This document shows positions 12,998-26,653 of a DNA stretch of 64,000 bases, piece by piece. The position numbers were made by a program, and so were the translations under genes. The stretch covers positions 66,144,941-66,208,940 of the forward strand of contig NC_068984.1 of assembly GCF_001194135.2 (NCBI RefSeq), written 5' to 3'. Each line of letters starts with the position of its first letter. Positions within the stretch are counted from its first letter, which is position 1. The DNA comes from Octopus bimaculoides. Taxonomy: Eukaryota. Below the pieces are notes generated by a model that was given only the letters and a program-made list of their open reading frames with translations, had not been told where the DNA came from and searched no databases.

Positions 12998-12998
<1 letters not shown>
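12800..12998 (+). mobile_element. Family A SINE, 3' half (5' part lost in the gap)
   Basis: TTTGTCCCCCCAACATCGCTTGACAACCGATGCTGGTGTGTTTACG...GGCGGTGCTCCAGCATGGCCACAGTCAAATGACTGAAAC, nearly identical to 57850-58045. Confidence 0.9.
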
Positions 12999-13051
<53 letters not shown>

Positions 13052-13251
13052 CACACACATTCAAAAATATATACAGAAATTATACACACAGATATATTAT
13101 ATGGCAAAATGGAAGTTAAGGAAATGGCAGTACTGATGGAAAGTGAGAAGCACAGTATAACACACAGAGTATATTAAAGTGATAATATGTTGTCAACTTA
13201 ATATGAAAATCCCATAAAAGGGAAGAATGCTACTGTTATTTAGCCCAAGGA

Positions 13252-13402
13252 TACACCGATTCCTGTCGGACTTGACACATTTCCTGTGTCCTTATGTTTT
13301 CAAAGTGGAGATAAGCATCTCCACGCAGGAAAGCCAGCATCCAGAGACTGGTTTGAAAACATGGACACAGGAAATGTGTCAAGTCCAACAGGAAACGGTA
13401 TA
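13252..13402. mobile_element. Hairpin MITE with about 50-bp TIRs, TA-flanked (Tc1/mariner-like)
   Basis: ACCGATTCCTGTCGGACTTGACACATTTCCTGTGTCCTTATGTTTTCAAA is nearly the reverse complement of TTTGAAAACATGGACACAGGAAATGTGTCAAGTCCAACAGGAAACGGT. Confidence 0.8.
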
Positions 13403-14256
13403 TATATATATATCTGTATGTATATGTTTGTGTGTTTTTATATATGTATATATTTATATGTTGGCCCTCTTGCCGGTGGCACGTAAAAGCACCCACTACA
13501 CTCTCGGAGTGGTTGGCATTAGGAAGGGCATCCAGCTGTAGAAACTCTGCCAGATCAGAATGGAGCCTGGTGCAGCCTTCTGGCTTGTCAGTCCTCAGTC
13601 AAATCGTCCAACCCATGCTAGCATGGAAAGCAGACGTTAAACGATGATGATGTATATATATGTTTGTATGCATGTATATATATATATATATATATATATA
13701 TNNNNNNNNNNNNNNNNNNNNNNNNNNNNNNNNNNNNNNNNNNNNNNNNNNNNNNNNNNNNNNNNNNNNNNNNNNNNNNNNNNNNNNNNNNNNNNNNNNN
13801 NNNNNNNNNNNNNNNNNNNNNNNNNNNNNNNNNNNNNNNNNNNNNNNNNNNNNNNNNNNNNNNNNNNNNNNNNNNNNNNNNNNNNNNNNNNNNNNNNNNN
13901 NNNNNNNNNNNNNNNNNNNNNNNNNNNNNNNNNNNNNNNNNNNNNNNNNNNNNNNNNNNNNNNNNNNNNNNNNNNNNNNNNNNNNNNNNNNNNNNNNNNN
14001 NNNNNNNNNNNNNNNNNNNNNNNNNNNNNNNNNNNNNNNNNNNNNNNNNNNNNNNNNNNNNNNNNNNNNNNNNNNNNNNNNNNNNNNNNNNNNNNNNNNN
14101 NNNNNNNNNNNNNNNNNNNNNNNNNNNNNNNNNNNNNNNNNNNNNNNNNNNNNNNNNNNNNNNNNNNNNNNNNNNNNNNNNNNNNNNNNNNNNNNNNNNN
14201 NNNNNNNNNNNNNNNNNNNNNNNNNNNNNNNNNNNNNNNNNNNNNNNNNNNATATA

Positions 14257-14289
<33 letters not shown>

Positions 14290-15371
14290 ATGTATATATG
14301 TACACACATATATATCTATGCATATGCATATATTTACATATAAACACACACGTATATATATACATATTTTAAGTTTGTCTGGTGTCTTATCTAAACAGTC
14401 ACTGACTTAAATAACTATCATGAGAAATTTAAAATTCTAGTCAAAGGTAGAATGTTTCATCTACAAGCAACTTCAGTGCAGCCTCTTATTACATAGGTTT
14501 TATAATAACCAAGTGAAGAAGAGTGAAAGATGATGGTGGAAAAGGGGATTGTATGTAGGTAGGCTCTATGAAGACTATTGTTATACAAACGTCATGAGTG
14601 ATAGTGAGAGAGAAATAAGTGATACAGAGGAAAATTACAGGGAAATGAGTAGTGATAAAGAGATGGTATGTTGTCAAGCATGTGGGATAGGCAGCAGAAG
14701 TAGACATAAAGCTGTAGAGACCAAGTCAAAAGTAAGGCAAACAGACTCTTATCTGTGTATCAGGACAGTGGCTATCAATAAGAACTGATTTGGATTGTGA
14801 TGAACTGTCCACACCATGCCAGCATGGATAACAGATGTAAAATGACAGCAATGAGGATGATGGTGATAGTGATGATGATGATGAGGCACATTCGCATGTA
14901 CATATACACAGAATATATAAGGAGTTTTTGTCAAGTGATGGTATCTACCATGAGTGCTCAGTTATGTTTACCAGTAGAATTCTGGCTTTAACTGTAACTA
15001 AGTATATAGTGTTGAGATTGCTTAACAGAGCTAGCTACAAGTGTTTTTCCCTTGAGTAGGCAAATAAATATATATATCAAAGTAAAAATAAAAAAGCAAA
15101 ACATTTGGCATCACTTGAAAAGGACATTTAATTTAGATAGACGATATAAACATACAGTCTCTTACAGCTGTTTCTAACATAAGCATGTGGATTCTCATAT
15201 TCAGAAAGGATTCCATAAGCTGTGTAATCTGCCATTGGAGAGGGAAAAGTCAGAGAGATGTTAAAATGAGGGAGTATCTCCAGTTGAGGATATTAGTATA
15301 TTCCAGTTTGTCAAAAATGAGGAAAGGATTAGAGTAAAATAGGTATGTTTTCAGTACTTCCATGATATGTA

Positions 15372-15408
<37 letters not shown>

Positions 15409-15513
15409 GTCTAAAGCTCTACAGTTGTATTTGTCCCCTCTGTGTGCAGCCCTGTGTGGCTAATAAAAGAAAGTTATCTATCTATATAAAACCTGTAATT
15501 TGGGATTTTGTCC

Positions 15514-15560
<47 letters not shown>

Positions 15561-17499
15561 TATATGTATAAAATTTTGGTTCAACAAGCACAACTAATTC
15601 CAATATCATTCCATGGAATGCATCAAAATACTGGCAAAATATATTTGGAATACACAAGATACAGGAATCAAAGAAATCATAAAATAATCAGTCTTAGTTT
15701 GACATAGTCCATTTAAAAATTTGTCAAAGAAATATGGTCTTTACAATAGAGGAAAATTCTGTATGATCAGCCAGCCTAATCTGACTTCTTTAATTTCTAT
15801 GCTCTAGAATTTATCTGATTTTGTTGTGATGTATTCTGATCTGTCATTGCATTCCAGGTAAAAAAATCTTCACAAAATTTCTAAAAACTGGAGTGAATAT
15901 AATATGAAAAGAAATATCTAAAGGACAGATGCAAGTTAGTAATGAAATAAATTAGAAAAAAAAACAAACTCCTATACAAGAAACTAATATTTGAATTAAT
16001 GAAGCAATGCCTTGTTTGAAAACTAATTTAGACAACTTCATTTAATTTCTCTGGAGTAATTATTCTGAGTAAGAAATGTATGGCACCAAGACAATATTAT
16101 CAATATCTAAAATGTCTATGAGTTAAATTCTGTAGACAGTAAGATGACTCCCATATGCTTGGAGGAAGCTATAAGCCATTACATATGCATGCCACAATTC
16201 AGTCTGTACAGAAGAATATTCTGAAAGAAAGACAACAACAGATCTGTTTAATCATAATTAGTCACTAGAAAATTTAATATAACTAGCAAACTTAATTTGT
16301 TTACTGAAAGTACGAAAGTAAATGCATCTATCTGTATGGTTTTGGCTTAGATTTTTGAATGATTTTGTTACTTGTCATAAAATTACTTCACATTATTCTT
16401 GTCATGTCTAAACCACTTTGGTACAATGCTAAATAAAATGAAATAACAAAAATAAATACTTAAGATATAGGAGATAAACATATATTTTCATGAAATGATC
16501 TATCAAAAATAAAATACATCAGTTTCTATTGTTCCGATTAGCATTGCAAGTATAAAATATTTCCTAAAATAATTACAAAGATAATATCAAAGATAAGAAT
16601 AAGATATTCATACAAAATCCTTTAGTTATAGATTCCTACATCAGCATATTCAGTATTATTGTAGCACATGATGTATTTTCTTAACGTAGATATTTTAGAT
16701 AAACTTTTACTATCTTGATATATGTATATACATACATTTATATATGTGCATGCGTGCTTGTATGTGTGTGTGTGTGTGTATTTCTGTTTTCCTGATATCA
16801 TGCGATTGTTGTAAATCAGCATTCCTTTACTTGTAGTGTTATTTGTTTCTAGTCCTCTGTGAAAATAGGTTTAGCCATAAAGAAGTATTGCCTTGCTTGT
16901 GAACAGGTGAGGATTGGCGATAGGAAAGGCTTTAAAAAAATCTGCTTTGCAGTTTCAGGTTCATTCCCATTGCATGGCAGTTTGGGCATGTAGCTTCTAC
17001 AATACCCTCAAGACAACCAAAATATAATAGGTGAATGCATGATTGTGTAGTTAAGAAGTTCAATTCTCAACCACATGGTTTTAGGTTCATTCTTTCTGAG
17101 TGTTTTTACTATAGCCTTGGGTCAAACAAAATGTTTTGAGTACATTTGGGAGAAGGAAACTGAAAGAAACTTGTTGTGTGTGTGTGTGTGTATAAATGTA
17201 TATCAATATATTGATGGATGCTTATGTATGTGTTTGGGACTCCTTCCCATGACATTGTGCAAGAATTATATATGAACATCTCTAGCATACAAGTGGGGTC
17301 GTTTGTTTCTAGTGTATGAAAACACATCTAGGTACAGGAAAGTATGCTTTGGCTTCAAAAAAGGTGAGAGCTGGTGACAGGAAGGTCATCAAGCCAATAA
17401 AAATCTACCTCAACAACATTAAACAATTTTCTATTACACCCCACCTTGCTCTGTCAGACACACAGACGAAATGCTTTGCAACATTTCTTTTCACTATCA

Positions 17500-17975
17500 T
17501 GGTGGTGAGCTGGCAAAATCGTTTGTATCCAGACAAAATGTTCACAGGTATTTCATCCTTTATGTACCGAGTTCAAATTCCACCAAGTTCAGCTTTGACT
17601 TTCATCCTTTCGGGGTTGGTATAAAATAAGTTCCAATTGAGCACTAAGGTCAATGTAATTGAGTTACCCCCACCCCAAAATTGCTGGCCATCTGCCGAAA
17701 TTTGAACCCAATATTTCTTTTGACTATATTCTAAGTTCAAATCCTGCCAAGGTCAACTTCGCCTTTCATCCTTTCAAGTTTAATAAAATAAAGTACCAGT
17801 CAAGTACTAAGGTTGATAGCATCAACTTGAACCCTCAAAATTGCTGGCCTTGTACCTAAATTGAAAACAATTATTTAGGGGTTGGTAGAATCATCAGAAT
17901 GTCAAAAGAAAAACTTGGCTGATATTTTCTTCTGGTTCTTTATCTTCTGAGTTCAAATCCTACCAAGATTTAATT
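17500..17975 (+). mobile_element. Tandem cluster of 3-4 Nin-domain-like tRNA SINEs, family N
   Basis: Head GGTGGTGAGCTGGCAAAATCG; recurring GAGTTCAAATTCC..CAAG, TTTCATCCTTTCGGGGTTGGTATAAAATAAGT and GCTGGCC..GTGCC..AATTTGAA motifs. Confidence 0.75.
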
Positions 17976-19069
17976 TTACAGTTTTGGGGGATCATCATTA
18001 TCATCATCTTTATTTAACGTTCGTTTTCCATGCTGGCATGGGTTGGATGGTTTGACATGGAACTGGCCAGCTGCGTAGTTGTCAAGACTCCAATTGTCTG
18101 ATGTGGCCTGGTTTCTACAGCTGGGTTCCCTACCTAATGCCAACCACTTTACAGAGAGTGCTGGGTACTTTTTATGTGCCACCAGCACGGGTGCATTTAT
18201 GCAGCACTGGCACAAGTGCATTTTATGTAACACTGGAACTTGTAAAGGGGATCTATAAAATAAGTACCAGTCGAGTATTGAGATTGATGGTACAGACTAA
18301 CCACTACACCTCAAAATTTGCTGGTTTTGTGCCTAAAGCAAAAACAATTATTATCATTTAAGGAGGTGGATTGTACCTAAATTAGAAACAATATTGAAGT
18401 TATTTCATTTATGGATTTTAATTCCTTTCTTATTATATTTAATTATATTTTATTTTATTTTCACTTAATTTTATTATATTTTAGTTTTTACTTAATTCGT
18501 AGAATTAATAGAGGAAAGACTAAGTAGACAAAACAATTTGTTTGGAGATTGATATATTTATTAATTTTTCAATGTTGATCAAAATATTAGAGAGAAAATA
18601 TAAAATAGAAATGATATTTTATCTAATGGTTGTTTAGTGCATATTAATAGAAACAGAGTAAAATTAAAAGCCGCATTTGCCTTTGGGCAGCAAAATATCA
18701 TTTTGTTTGTGTGTATATAAATGTGTATACATACATGTATACATACATGTATACACATATATGTATACATGTGTGTGTGTGTATATTTATATACATACAC
18801 CAACACCCCCAACACTTATATCTGTATGTATTTATGTTCATGTATGCATTTATGTATGTACTTATCTACACAGTGGTGGTGGAAATGGAAGCAGAGTACA
18901 TGGGAAGACAGTTCTCTAACTTTTCAGCAGAAAGAGAGAGAGGAGCTGTTAACATTAGTCCTAACCATTCTATTGCAATATCAGCCTCATAGACCCTAGT
19001 GTACCCTTCATAAAACCCATTTCATTTCCATCACTGTGTGTGTGTGTGTCTGTGTGTATGTGTGTGTAC

Positions 19070-19129
<60 letters not shown>

Positions 19130-19614
19130 NNNNNNNNNNNNNNNNNNNNNNNNNNNNNNNNNNNNNNNNNNNNNNNNNNNNNNNNNNNNNNNNNNNNNNN
19201 NNNNNNNNNNNNNNNNNNNNNNNNNNNNNNNNNNNNNNNNNNNNNNNNNNNNNNNNNNNNNNNNNNNNNNNNNNNNNNNNNNNNNNNNNNNNNNNNNNNN
19301 NNNNNNNNNNNNNNNNNNNNNNNNNNNNNNNNNNNNNNNNNNNNNNNNNNNNNNNNNNNNNNNNNNNNNNNNNNNNNNNNNNNNNNNNNNNNNNNNNNNN
19401 NNNNNNNNNNNNNNNNNNNNNNNNNNNNNNNNNNNNNNNNNNNNNNNNNNNNNNNNNNNNNNNNNNNNNNNNNNNNNNNNNNNNNNNNNNNNNNNNNNNN
19501 NNNNNNNNNNNNNNNNNNNNNNNNNNNNNNNNNNNNNNNNNNNNNNNNNNNNNNNNNNNNNNNNNNNNNNNNNNNNNNNNNNNNNNNNNNNNNNNNNNNN
19601 NNNNNNNNNNNNNN

Positions 19615-19656
<42 letters not shown>

Positions 19657-20957
19657 TACATACATATGCTGACAGACAAACATAACTACATATATACATA
19701 TACTAACATATATATATATTCACACAAACACAAACCAATATATCGAAACATTGTTGTCATCCAAAATAAAAAAATAAAATATAAAAAAAGAGATGTTTTA
19801 ATCTAATTTCCATTACATCATATATTGTTTTGTTTTCTTATTTGTTTCCATTTGTTTTATTTGTTTAGTGAGAGAGACAGTGGATTTAGTGCATTCAGTA
19901 TATCAAGTCATATTAATTCTTTTGTTATATCTTCTTCACTATCTCAGTTTTCTGAATTCAATTCCCATTAATATCAGTTTTGCCTTTCATCCCATTATTA
20001 AACATTATTGATATTTTCAATCTTCATTCTGGACTATTCTCACTTGTAGAAAAAAAAACATGATAATAAAAGAATAGTTTGAAAAATAAAATATAATAAA
20101 AATAGTGTTGTAATTTTGTTTTGTTATCATTTGTTTTATCATAGCAGAAGTTACATGGTGGGAGCTAGAGTCAAGGTTAGTTGAGCTTTTGTAAGATGAA
20201 ATGTTTTTGCATTTTTTTTTTTGTTTTGTTATTAGTTCATTTAACCCAATAAAGTGGAACCATACCCAGATATTTTACAGGCCTTTCTAGACTTGTGTGA
20301 TTAATGAGGCTGCAGTTACATTTGCACTTGTCATTGTTATTATTGCTTAGCCCCTGGTCAGCAACCCTGATTAAGCAAACGTTTGCTCAAAACATTCACA
20401 CTGTGATCATCTCTTATTTTGTACTATATCAAAGTAAACTAGGACCACATTATCTGGGAAATTAAATATATCTAAATTTGGGTCTCTCATCCAATATGTC
20501 ACAGTTATGTCTTCTGCTTTACCCCTCTGCCTTTGCAGAATTCTTTGTTATCCTCTCATTTCTCTATCCATTCACACCTTTTCCATCAACCCTTTCTTCT
20601 ATTTACTATTCCATACTGCCTGTATAACCAGAGAGGGTAGTGAATCCCTTCTATTAGTGGAGGGGCATGGTTTAGTAGTGAGTGTGTTGGACAATAAAGT
20701 AAAATTGTGGTTTTGATTCCTGGACCAGGTGATACATTGTGTTCTTGAACAAAATAGTTCATTTAACATTGCTCCAGTCCTCTCAGCTGGCAAAAATGAG
20801 TGATCTTGCAACAGACTGGTGTCTTGTCCAAGTGGGGAATATATACACCATGAAACTGGCAAACCAGCTCTTGTGAGTCAGTATGACTCAAGAAGGTAAC
20901 TTTACCTTTATTTCTACCTTTATCCCTTCTATTCACTGTATCACGCTGCCCATGTAA

Positions 20958-21182
20958 TTGACCATTTAGCATTCAGTTTACTCTGTCAAATATAATGCTT
21001 ATTTATTTACATTTTTTAAAAAATTAATCATGTATTATCTTGTAAGGATTTCAAAGATTTAATGGTTTATTTTTAGAATGACATTGCAGGGCAGGAGTGA
21101 AATGCTGAATCTGGCCAGTTTTAACATAAAACAGTTAGAATATTTAGGCCAGATATGGCCAGTTTAAATACTAAAGAGTTAA
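20958..21182. mobile_element. piggyBac-like (TTAA-flanked) MITE
   Basis: Left TTGA-CCATTTAGCATTC, right AATACTAAAGAG-TTAA (reverse complement TTAA-CTCTTTAGTATT). A second copy lies in the opposite orientation at about 50779-51007. Confidence 0.55.
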
Positions 21183-21799
21183 GGATGGTATTCAATCTAA
21201 CTGACCCTCTCACCTCTCTGACATTTGCTCTCTGTCCTATTCCCCTTTTCATTACCCTATACAGCCCATGCAGCAAGAGATGACATTGAATGCATCTGTG
21301 TTCTATCCCTTCCTCCTGTCATCTTTACCACACTACTCCTCTTCCTAGTTTTTCAGCTATTGTTCTCTCTTCTATTAATCCACTGGGTCACATTGTCTTC
21401 AAGATATGAGGACACTGTAGAATTGTGAGGACTCATTCATTTTCAGCATACAATTCAATTTGACTAGTATTTGTGTCACGATAAGATGCACACAGTACAT
21501 TTAGTAAAATAGTTAGCAAATGTATGCAGACAATATAATGTTGATAAGACCTTTTAATGTTGCCAAAGTCTAGGTCAGTTACAGGTTTGAAGCAAACACA
21601 TTGGAGTGATTAACTGAATGATTAATTGAACAATAGATTAGTTAAGTGGTTAAATAGTTAACTAATTGATGAATAATAAAGAAATGAAATTGAACCAGTG
21701 TATGTGTTTATTATTGGCATAATGATCCTCTTGAGATACATCAAAATCTATTTCAACACAAGTGCAAACCAAATACAAAAATGTTATGTGTATGTGTTG

Positions 21800-22155
21800 G
21801 GGGAGGCATATATTAATACTAACTGGGGGTCCTACTGCATGATACCTTGGTTCTACTATAGCCTTGTGACCAAAGCCTTGTGAGTTAATTTGGTAGATGG
21901 AAACTAAAAGAAGCCAGGCATATGTGTGTGTGTGTGTGTGTCTTTCTGTCTGTGTTTGTCCCCACAACTGCTTGACAGCCTGTGTTCATGTGTTTACCTT
22001 CCCATAACTTTGCAGTTCAGCAGAAGAGATCGATAGTATAAGTACCAAGCTTAAAAAGAAAAAAAAAGGCCTAGGGTTAATTTGCTCAACTAAAACCCTT
22101 CAAGGTGATGCCCCAACATGGCCACAGTCAAATGAGTAAAACAAGCAAAAGATAA
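21800..22155 (+). mobile_element. Family A SINE, decayed head
   Basis: CTACTATAGCCTTG..ACCAAAGCCTTGTGAG..TTTGGTAGATGGAAACTAAAAGAAGCC, (TG)n, CTTGACAGC and CATGGCCACAGTCAAATG. Confidence 0.8.
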
Positions 22156-24332
22156 AGAATTAATTACCAAATTTTGTTTGGAAGAAACACAGGTATAAAG
22201 TAATAGGCTGTCATTGATGCCACATAACTATTGACTGTGGCATTGAATTTTTAGTATGTTAATGCTGAAGAATAGGTAAAAGAGAAGTAAAACAAATATA
22301 GATTTTATACACAGGTACAAGTCTTTCTAAGAAGTAGAAAAAAGAAAATATGAACATTATTTCAAAAAAAAATATTCCTGTTTGTTTGTGTAAATGCGAT
22401 GGATTTGAAATAATACAATAAAAAGATCATAGTTTATATAAACACAAGATTTTAATCAAAACATTATCAGAGATTCTTTTAATAATTGCAAGAGAATAGA
22501 ATTTACAAAAGTAAACACTAAAAATGATAAATATATGTTGAATAAATGAAATAAAAACAGTGATGGTAACAAATAACATATAATAATGAGAAATTCTATT
22601 ATGTCCTTAATCATGAAGAATCTAATCTTTCATTGACTAAATCTTGTTCCAGATATCTATATAAGTAAAACACATAAAACAGCAAAGTGCATCAAACAAA
22701 TTATTCACAAGTAAACCTTATCATCGTTCTCATCAGAATCATCATCATGATAATTTTAATGTCTACTTTTCCATGCTTGCACAGGTCAGACAAATTTTTA
22801 TGAGGCAGATTTTCTATGGCTAGATGCATTCATTGTTTCCAATCCTCAACTGTTTCCAAGTATGATGATATTTCTCCTTGGTCAGACATATTTTCCCAGA
22901 GGATTTGAAACTGAAAACACCACTTGTATAGTGATACCTGTTTACAACAATTACACAGTGTCGAGACAAAGAGATACAGACACACAAATATATATATACA
23001 TGCACATACATACAGACACAAACACACACGGGCACACACACATTTTTTTTTTGTGTGTGTATATTTGAATGTATGTGTGAGGGTACATGGCTAGATGGTT
23101 AAGGTGTTGCACTCATGACCTCACATGTAGTACAACCTGCTCCTGTTCAGGCAACATTGATATGTTGGAGAGAGTGAGTTTAATGTACAACACAAACATC
23201 TGATCACTATAAACTTCACTATAAAATTCATGCAGGCTGTTTGGCAAGAAGAAATTGCAGAACCAGTTTTCTTGGACTATGAGAGACTACTAATCTGGTC
23301 GGTCTGGGGCTATAGTAGAAGACTCATGTCCAAGGTAGCAGTGGTTGTGAAGCAAACTTCTTAGGCACACAGTCATGTCTGCTCCTAACTTTGCTTACAT
23401 ATCAGAAGCACAAAATGCCCTAAGCCATATTGTATAATTGCAGAATTCTCTTGGCGTGGTCTCTGTGAAGCAAAATCTTTTCGATGACAATATGCAGCTG
23501 ATAACATTAAGCAAATAGAGAGTTTGGGATCCATTATTGTGATAACAATAACTAGTTGATATCTTTGTGCTTCCAATCATTGTGGATGAAAAGATAGAAG
23601 GAATTCTGTTTGTCATTTTTTTTGCTTTATTTTGTTTTTTTTTAATTAAATTTTAAGAATTCTGCTCAGGTTTGTATAATGAGATGGATTACATTTCTAA
23701 TAAAGATTGCAACCAATGATAGCAAATGCAAAAATATTTTTTTTTTTTTTTACCTTGTAGCAATTGTCAAAGATTTAACAACTGTTTTCATCTATCAAAA
23801 GGACAAGCATTTTTAATATGTTGAACTGTTCTACAAAATTTGTATGCTAATAAAATATAAAGAAAAACAGATCTAAAATAACAAAAATCAAAATATTTTC
23901 TTCCTTACAGACAAAAGAGAAAAGAAGAAGGAAGAAGAGGGATAATAAGAAAGAAAGCAAATATCTTTAACATAGTAAAATTATGTCTCAACAGAAATTT
24001 AAAAAATACTCTGTCACAGATGTAGCTACATTATCATAACATATAAAGGTATATTGTAAGTTATATACTGTTTCACAATTAAGAGTAATTTTGTTCAGTC
24101 ATTTTCAAGCACAAACAATCAAGAAAGACAACCATAACTATTTATACTGATATTAAATCACAGAAGAACACAAGTAATAATGAGAAGACAGAATCAAATT
24201 CATTTTCCTGGTAGAAAGATGTCCTTGGGGATAGAACTAATGAAATCAATGTGTATTAGCTAGAAGCAAAATTGATAGATGATGTTCACATACACCCACA
24301 GATACACACACAGACGCACACACAGACAAACG

Positions 24333-24372
<40 letters not shown>

Positions 24373-24799
24373 AGTATTTATTTATGTCATCTGTGAGAAA
24401 TTTCACGTCTATAAATCAATATTTATTTACTTTAATTCATGATTGTTGTCTAGAAATTTCAAGGTTCTGATTTGATTAAATGTGATGTTTTACTCTTTCC
24501 TACCCTTTAGAGGGACAACAGATTGCCAGTCCTGGACTTAAGACAATATTTTTCTTTAATTCTGTCTGGTTCATCTTAGATGTAAATTTCAATAAAAATA
24601 AAGTCTAATAATCTATAATTATGATTATATTCATTATTACTATTTAATATGTTTTCCAGCAGCTTTTTTTTTTTTTATCTCAGTTAGCTAGCCACACAGT
24701 GCCAGATGCCTTAATGGGATATGTTTAACATGGGATGCATTGCAGATTTCCATTACCATTTCTTTGAATACAAGCCAGAACCAAGACAATAAACATAAT

Positions 24800-24965
24800 C
24801 AGAGCCAGCTCAAGGTACCGGTAACTTGGGCAGCTGCCTGGGGTGCCATGTGCTAAGAGGTACCAAGGAGAGTGTGACAAAGACAAGGAAATTTTCACAA
24901 CCATCAATTTGTACACACCAAAGTTCAGCTTGCCCAGGGTGCCAGCAACCCTAGGGCCACCCCTG
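24800..24965. mobile_element. hAT-superfamily MITE (CAGGGCCGGCCCTAGG-type TIR)
   Basis: Ends CAGAGCCAGCTCAAGG and CCTAGGGCCACCCCTG; internal GCTGCCTGGGGTGCC and TTGCCCAGGGTGCC motifs; 8-bp TSD AACATAAT/ATCATAAT (7 of 8 match). Confidence 0.75.
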
Positions 24966-25959
24966 ATCATAATGTTCCAGCATTGCTACTGGCTCTTTAC
25001 ATTCTGAGCTCAAATGCTGTCAAAGCTGACTTTACCTTTCATCCTTTTGAGGATGATAAAAGAAATACCAGTTAAGCATTGAGTTAGGGTTAAGGTTAGA
25101 GTTAGGGTAATCAGCTTTCCCATCTCCTTAAAAATTACTGGCCTTGTGCCAAAAGTAGAAAAAAATTATTATTCTTTAATGTTGCTTACATTGGTACATG
25201 ACCACAACATTTGAGGTAGGGGTATTGTTGATTAAATTTCCCCCGGTACTAGATTGGCACTATATTTTATTAACACTGGAAGAATGAAAAATATAGCTAA
25301 CCTTTGCTGGGTATGAACTCAGAGCATCCACCTCCAGTACTTGACAGATACCTTATTTCACCAGATCAGAAAAATGAAAGGAATAGTTGACCTTAGTAGG
25401 ATTTGAACTCAGAGTGTAATGGCTTCTAATTACTGCAAGATATTTCGCCTAGTCCTCTAGCAATTCTTCTAATCCACTCTTAATATAAATAATAATATCT
25501 AGGCTGGTAATAATTAGTTAAGATTATTAGAAATCAAAATTAGAACAATTTGATTGAAATATCCAAATCAGTAGATAGTAATAAAATGTTGACAAGTATC
25601 ATGTGAACAGCTTGTGATTTCTCAAGCATAAGAATTGAGTTTTAGGCCATTCTGCAGTGACTTAATTTAGATTAGCTGTAATACTTGTGATTGCTTTCCT
25701 ATAAGATTTATCTGAAATAAATACCTTATATGTTTGAATATATAATTGGCTGAGAAGGTTAACACTGGTAATATTGACTGCATATTTTGGCAGATGGAAT
25801 TTATTTCAACAAAATAAGGACAAGTTTCAATACAAATTACAGTAATAGGAATTAATAGAAATTAAACATAATAGGAATTAACAGTGTATATTTTTCAGAA
25901 ATTTGGCTCAAGCAAATATAGACTCAGTCTTTGGTGAAATAATGGAAACATTCATAAAA

Positions 25960-26530
25960 ATAATTGTTTCTGATTTAGGCTCAAGGCCAGTAGTTTTAAA
26001 GGGAGGGAATTAGTTAATACCGTTGAACCAGTACATGAGAGGTATTTTGTCAACCCTAGAGGGATGAAAGGCAATTAAGGATTATCTTGATGGGAGTTGC
26101 TAATGATTAGTCAAATGGTCAGTTTTGAGAGGAGGGAAGTAGTCGATACCATTGACCCTAGTACTTGACAGTTAGTTTATTTTATTGATGCTTGCACAGA
26201 TAAAAGGTAAATGTGAACTTGGCTAGATTTAAACTCAGAACAGATTTAAAGCCAGAACAAATACTGAGATACATTTTTTCTGGTACCCTAACAATTCTGC
26301 CAAATAATGATAATAATAATGGTTTCAAATTTCGGCACAAGACCAGCAATTTCGGGTAAGTGGTAAGTTGACTACATCGACCCCAGTGTTCAATATGTAC
26401 TTATTTTATTGATCTTGAAAGAATGAAAGCTAAATTGACCTTGGTGGAATTTTAACTGAGAACATAAAGGCAGACAAAATGCCATTAAGCATTTTGTTCA
26501 GCATGTTAACGATTCTGCAGGCTAACAGCT
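25960..26530 (-). mobile_element. Cluster of family N SINEs (reverse strand)
   Basis: GGTTTCAAATTTCGGCACAAGACCAGCAATTTC..CATCGACCCCAGTGTTC..GAATGAAAG..TTGACCTTGGTGGAATTT is the reverse complement of the family N consensus seen at 17500. Confidence 0.75.
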
Positions 26531-26539
26531 TTGATAATA

Positions 26540-26572
26540 ATAATAATGATAATAATAATGATAATGATGATG

Positions 26573-26647
<75 letters not shown>

Positions 26648-26653
26648 TAATAA
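26540..26653. repeat. (AAT)n/(GAT)n microsatellite
   Basis: Long AAT run directly upstream of the Dong/R4 fragment. Confidence 0.95.

Noticed and set aside
20145-20180. Possible micro-exon EVTWWELES with a good acceptor and GTTAGT donor; similar candidates near 9372, 15808, 24511, 59161, 60649 (+) and 15170, 50100 (-)
   Set aside because: Short open stretches between AG and GT are expected by chance in AT-rich DNA; they occur on both strands and cannot be chained into a recognisable protein.
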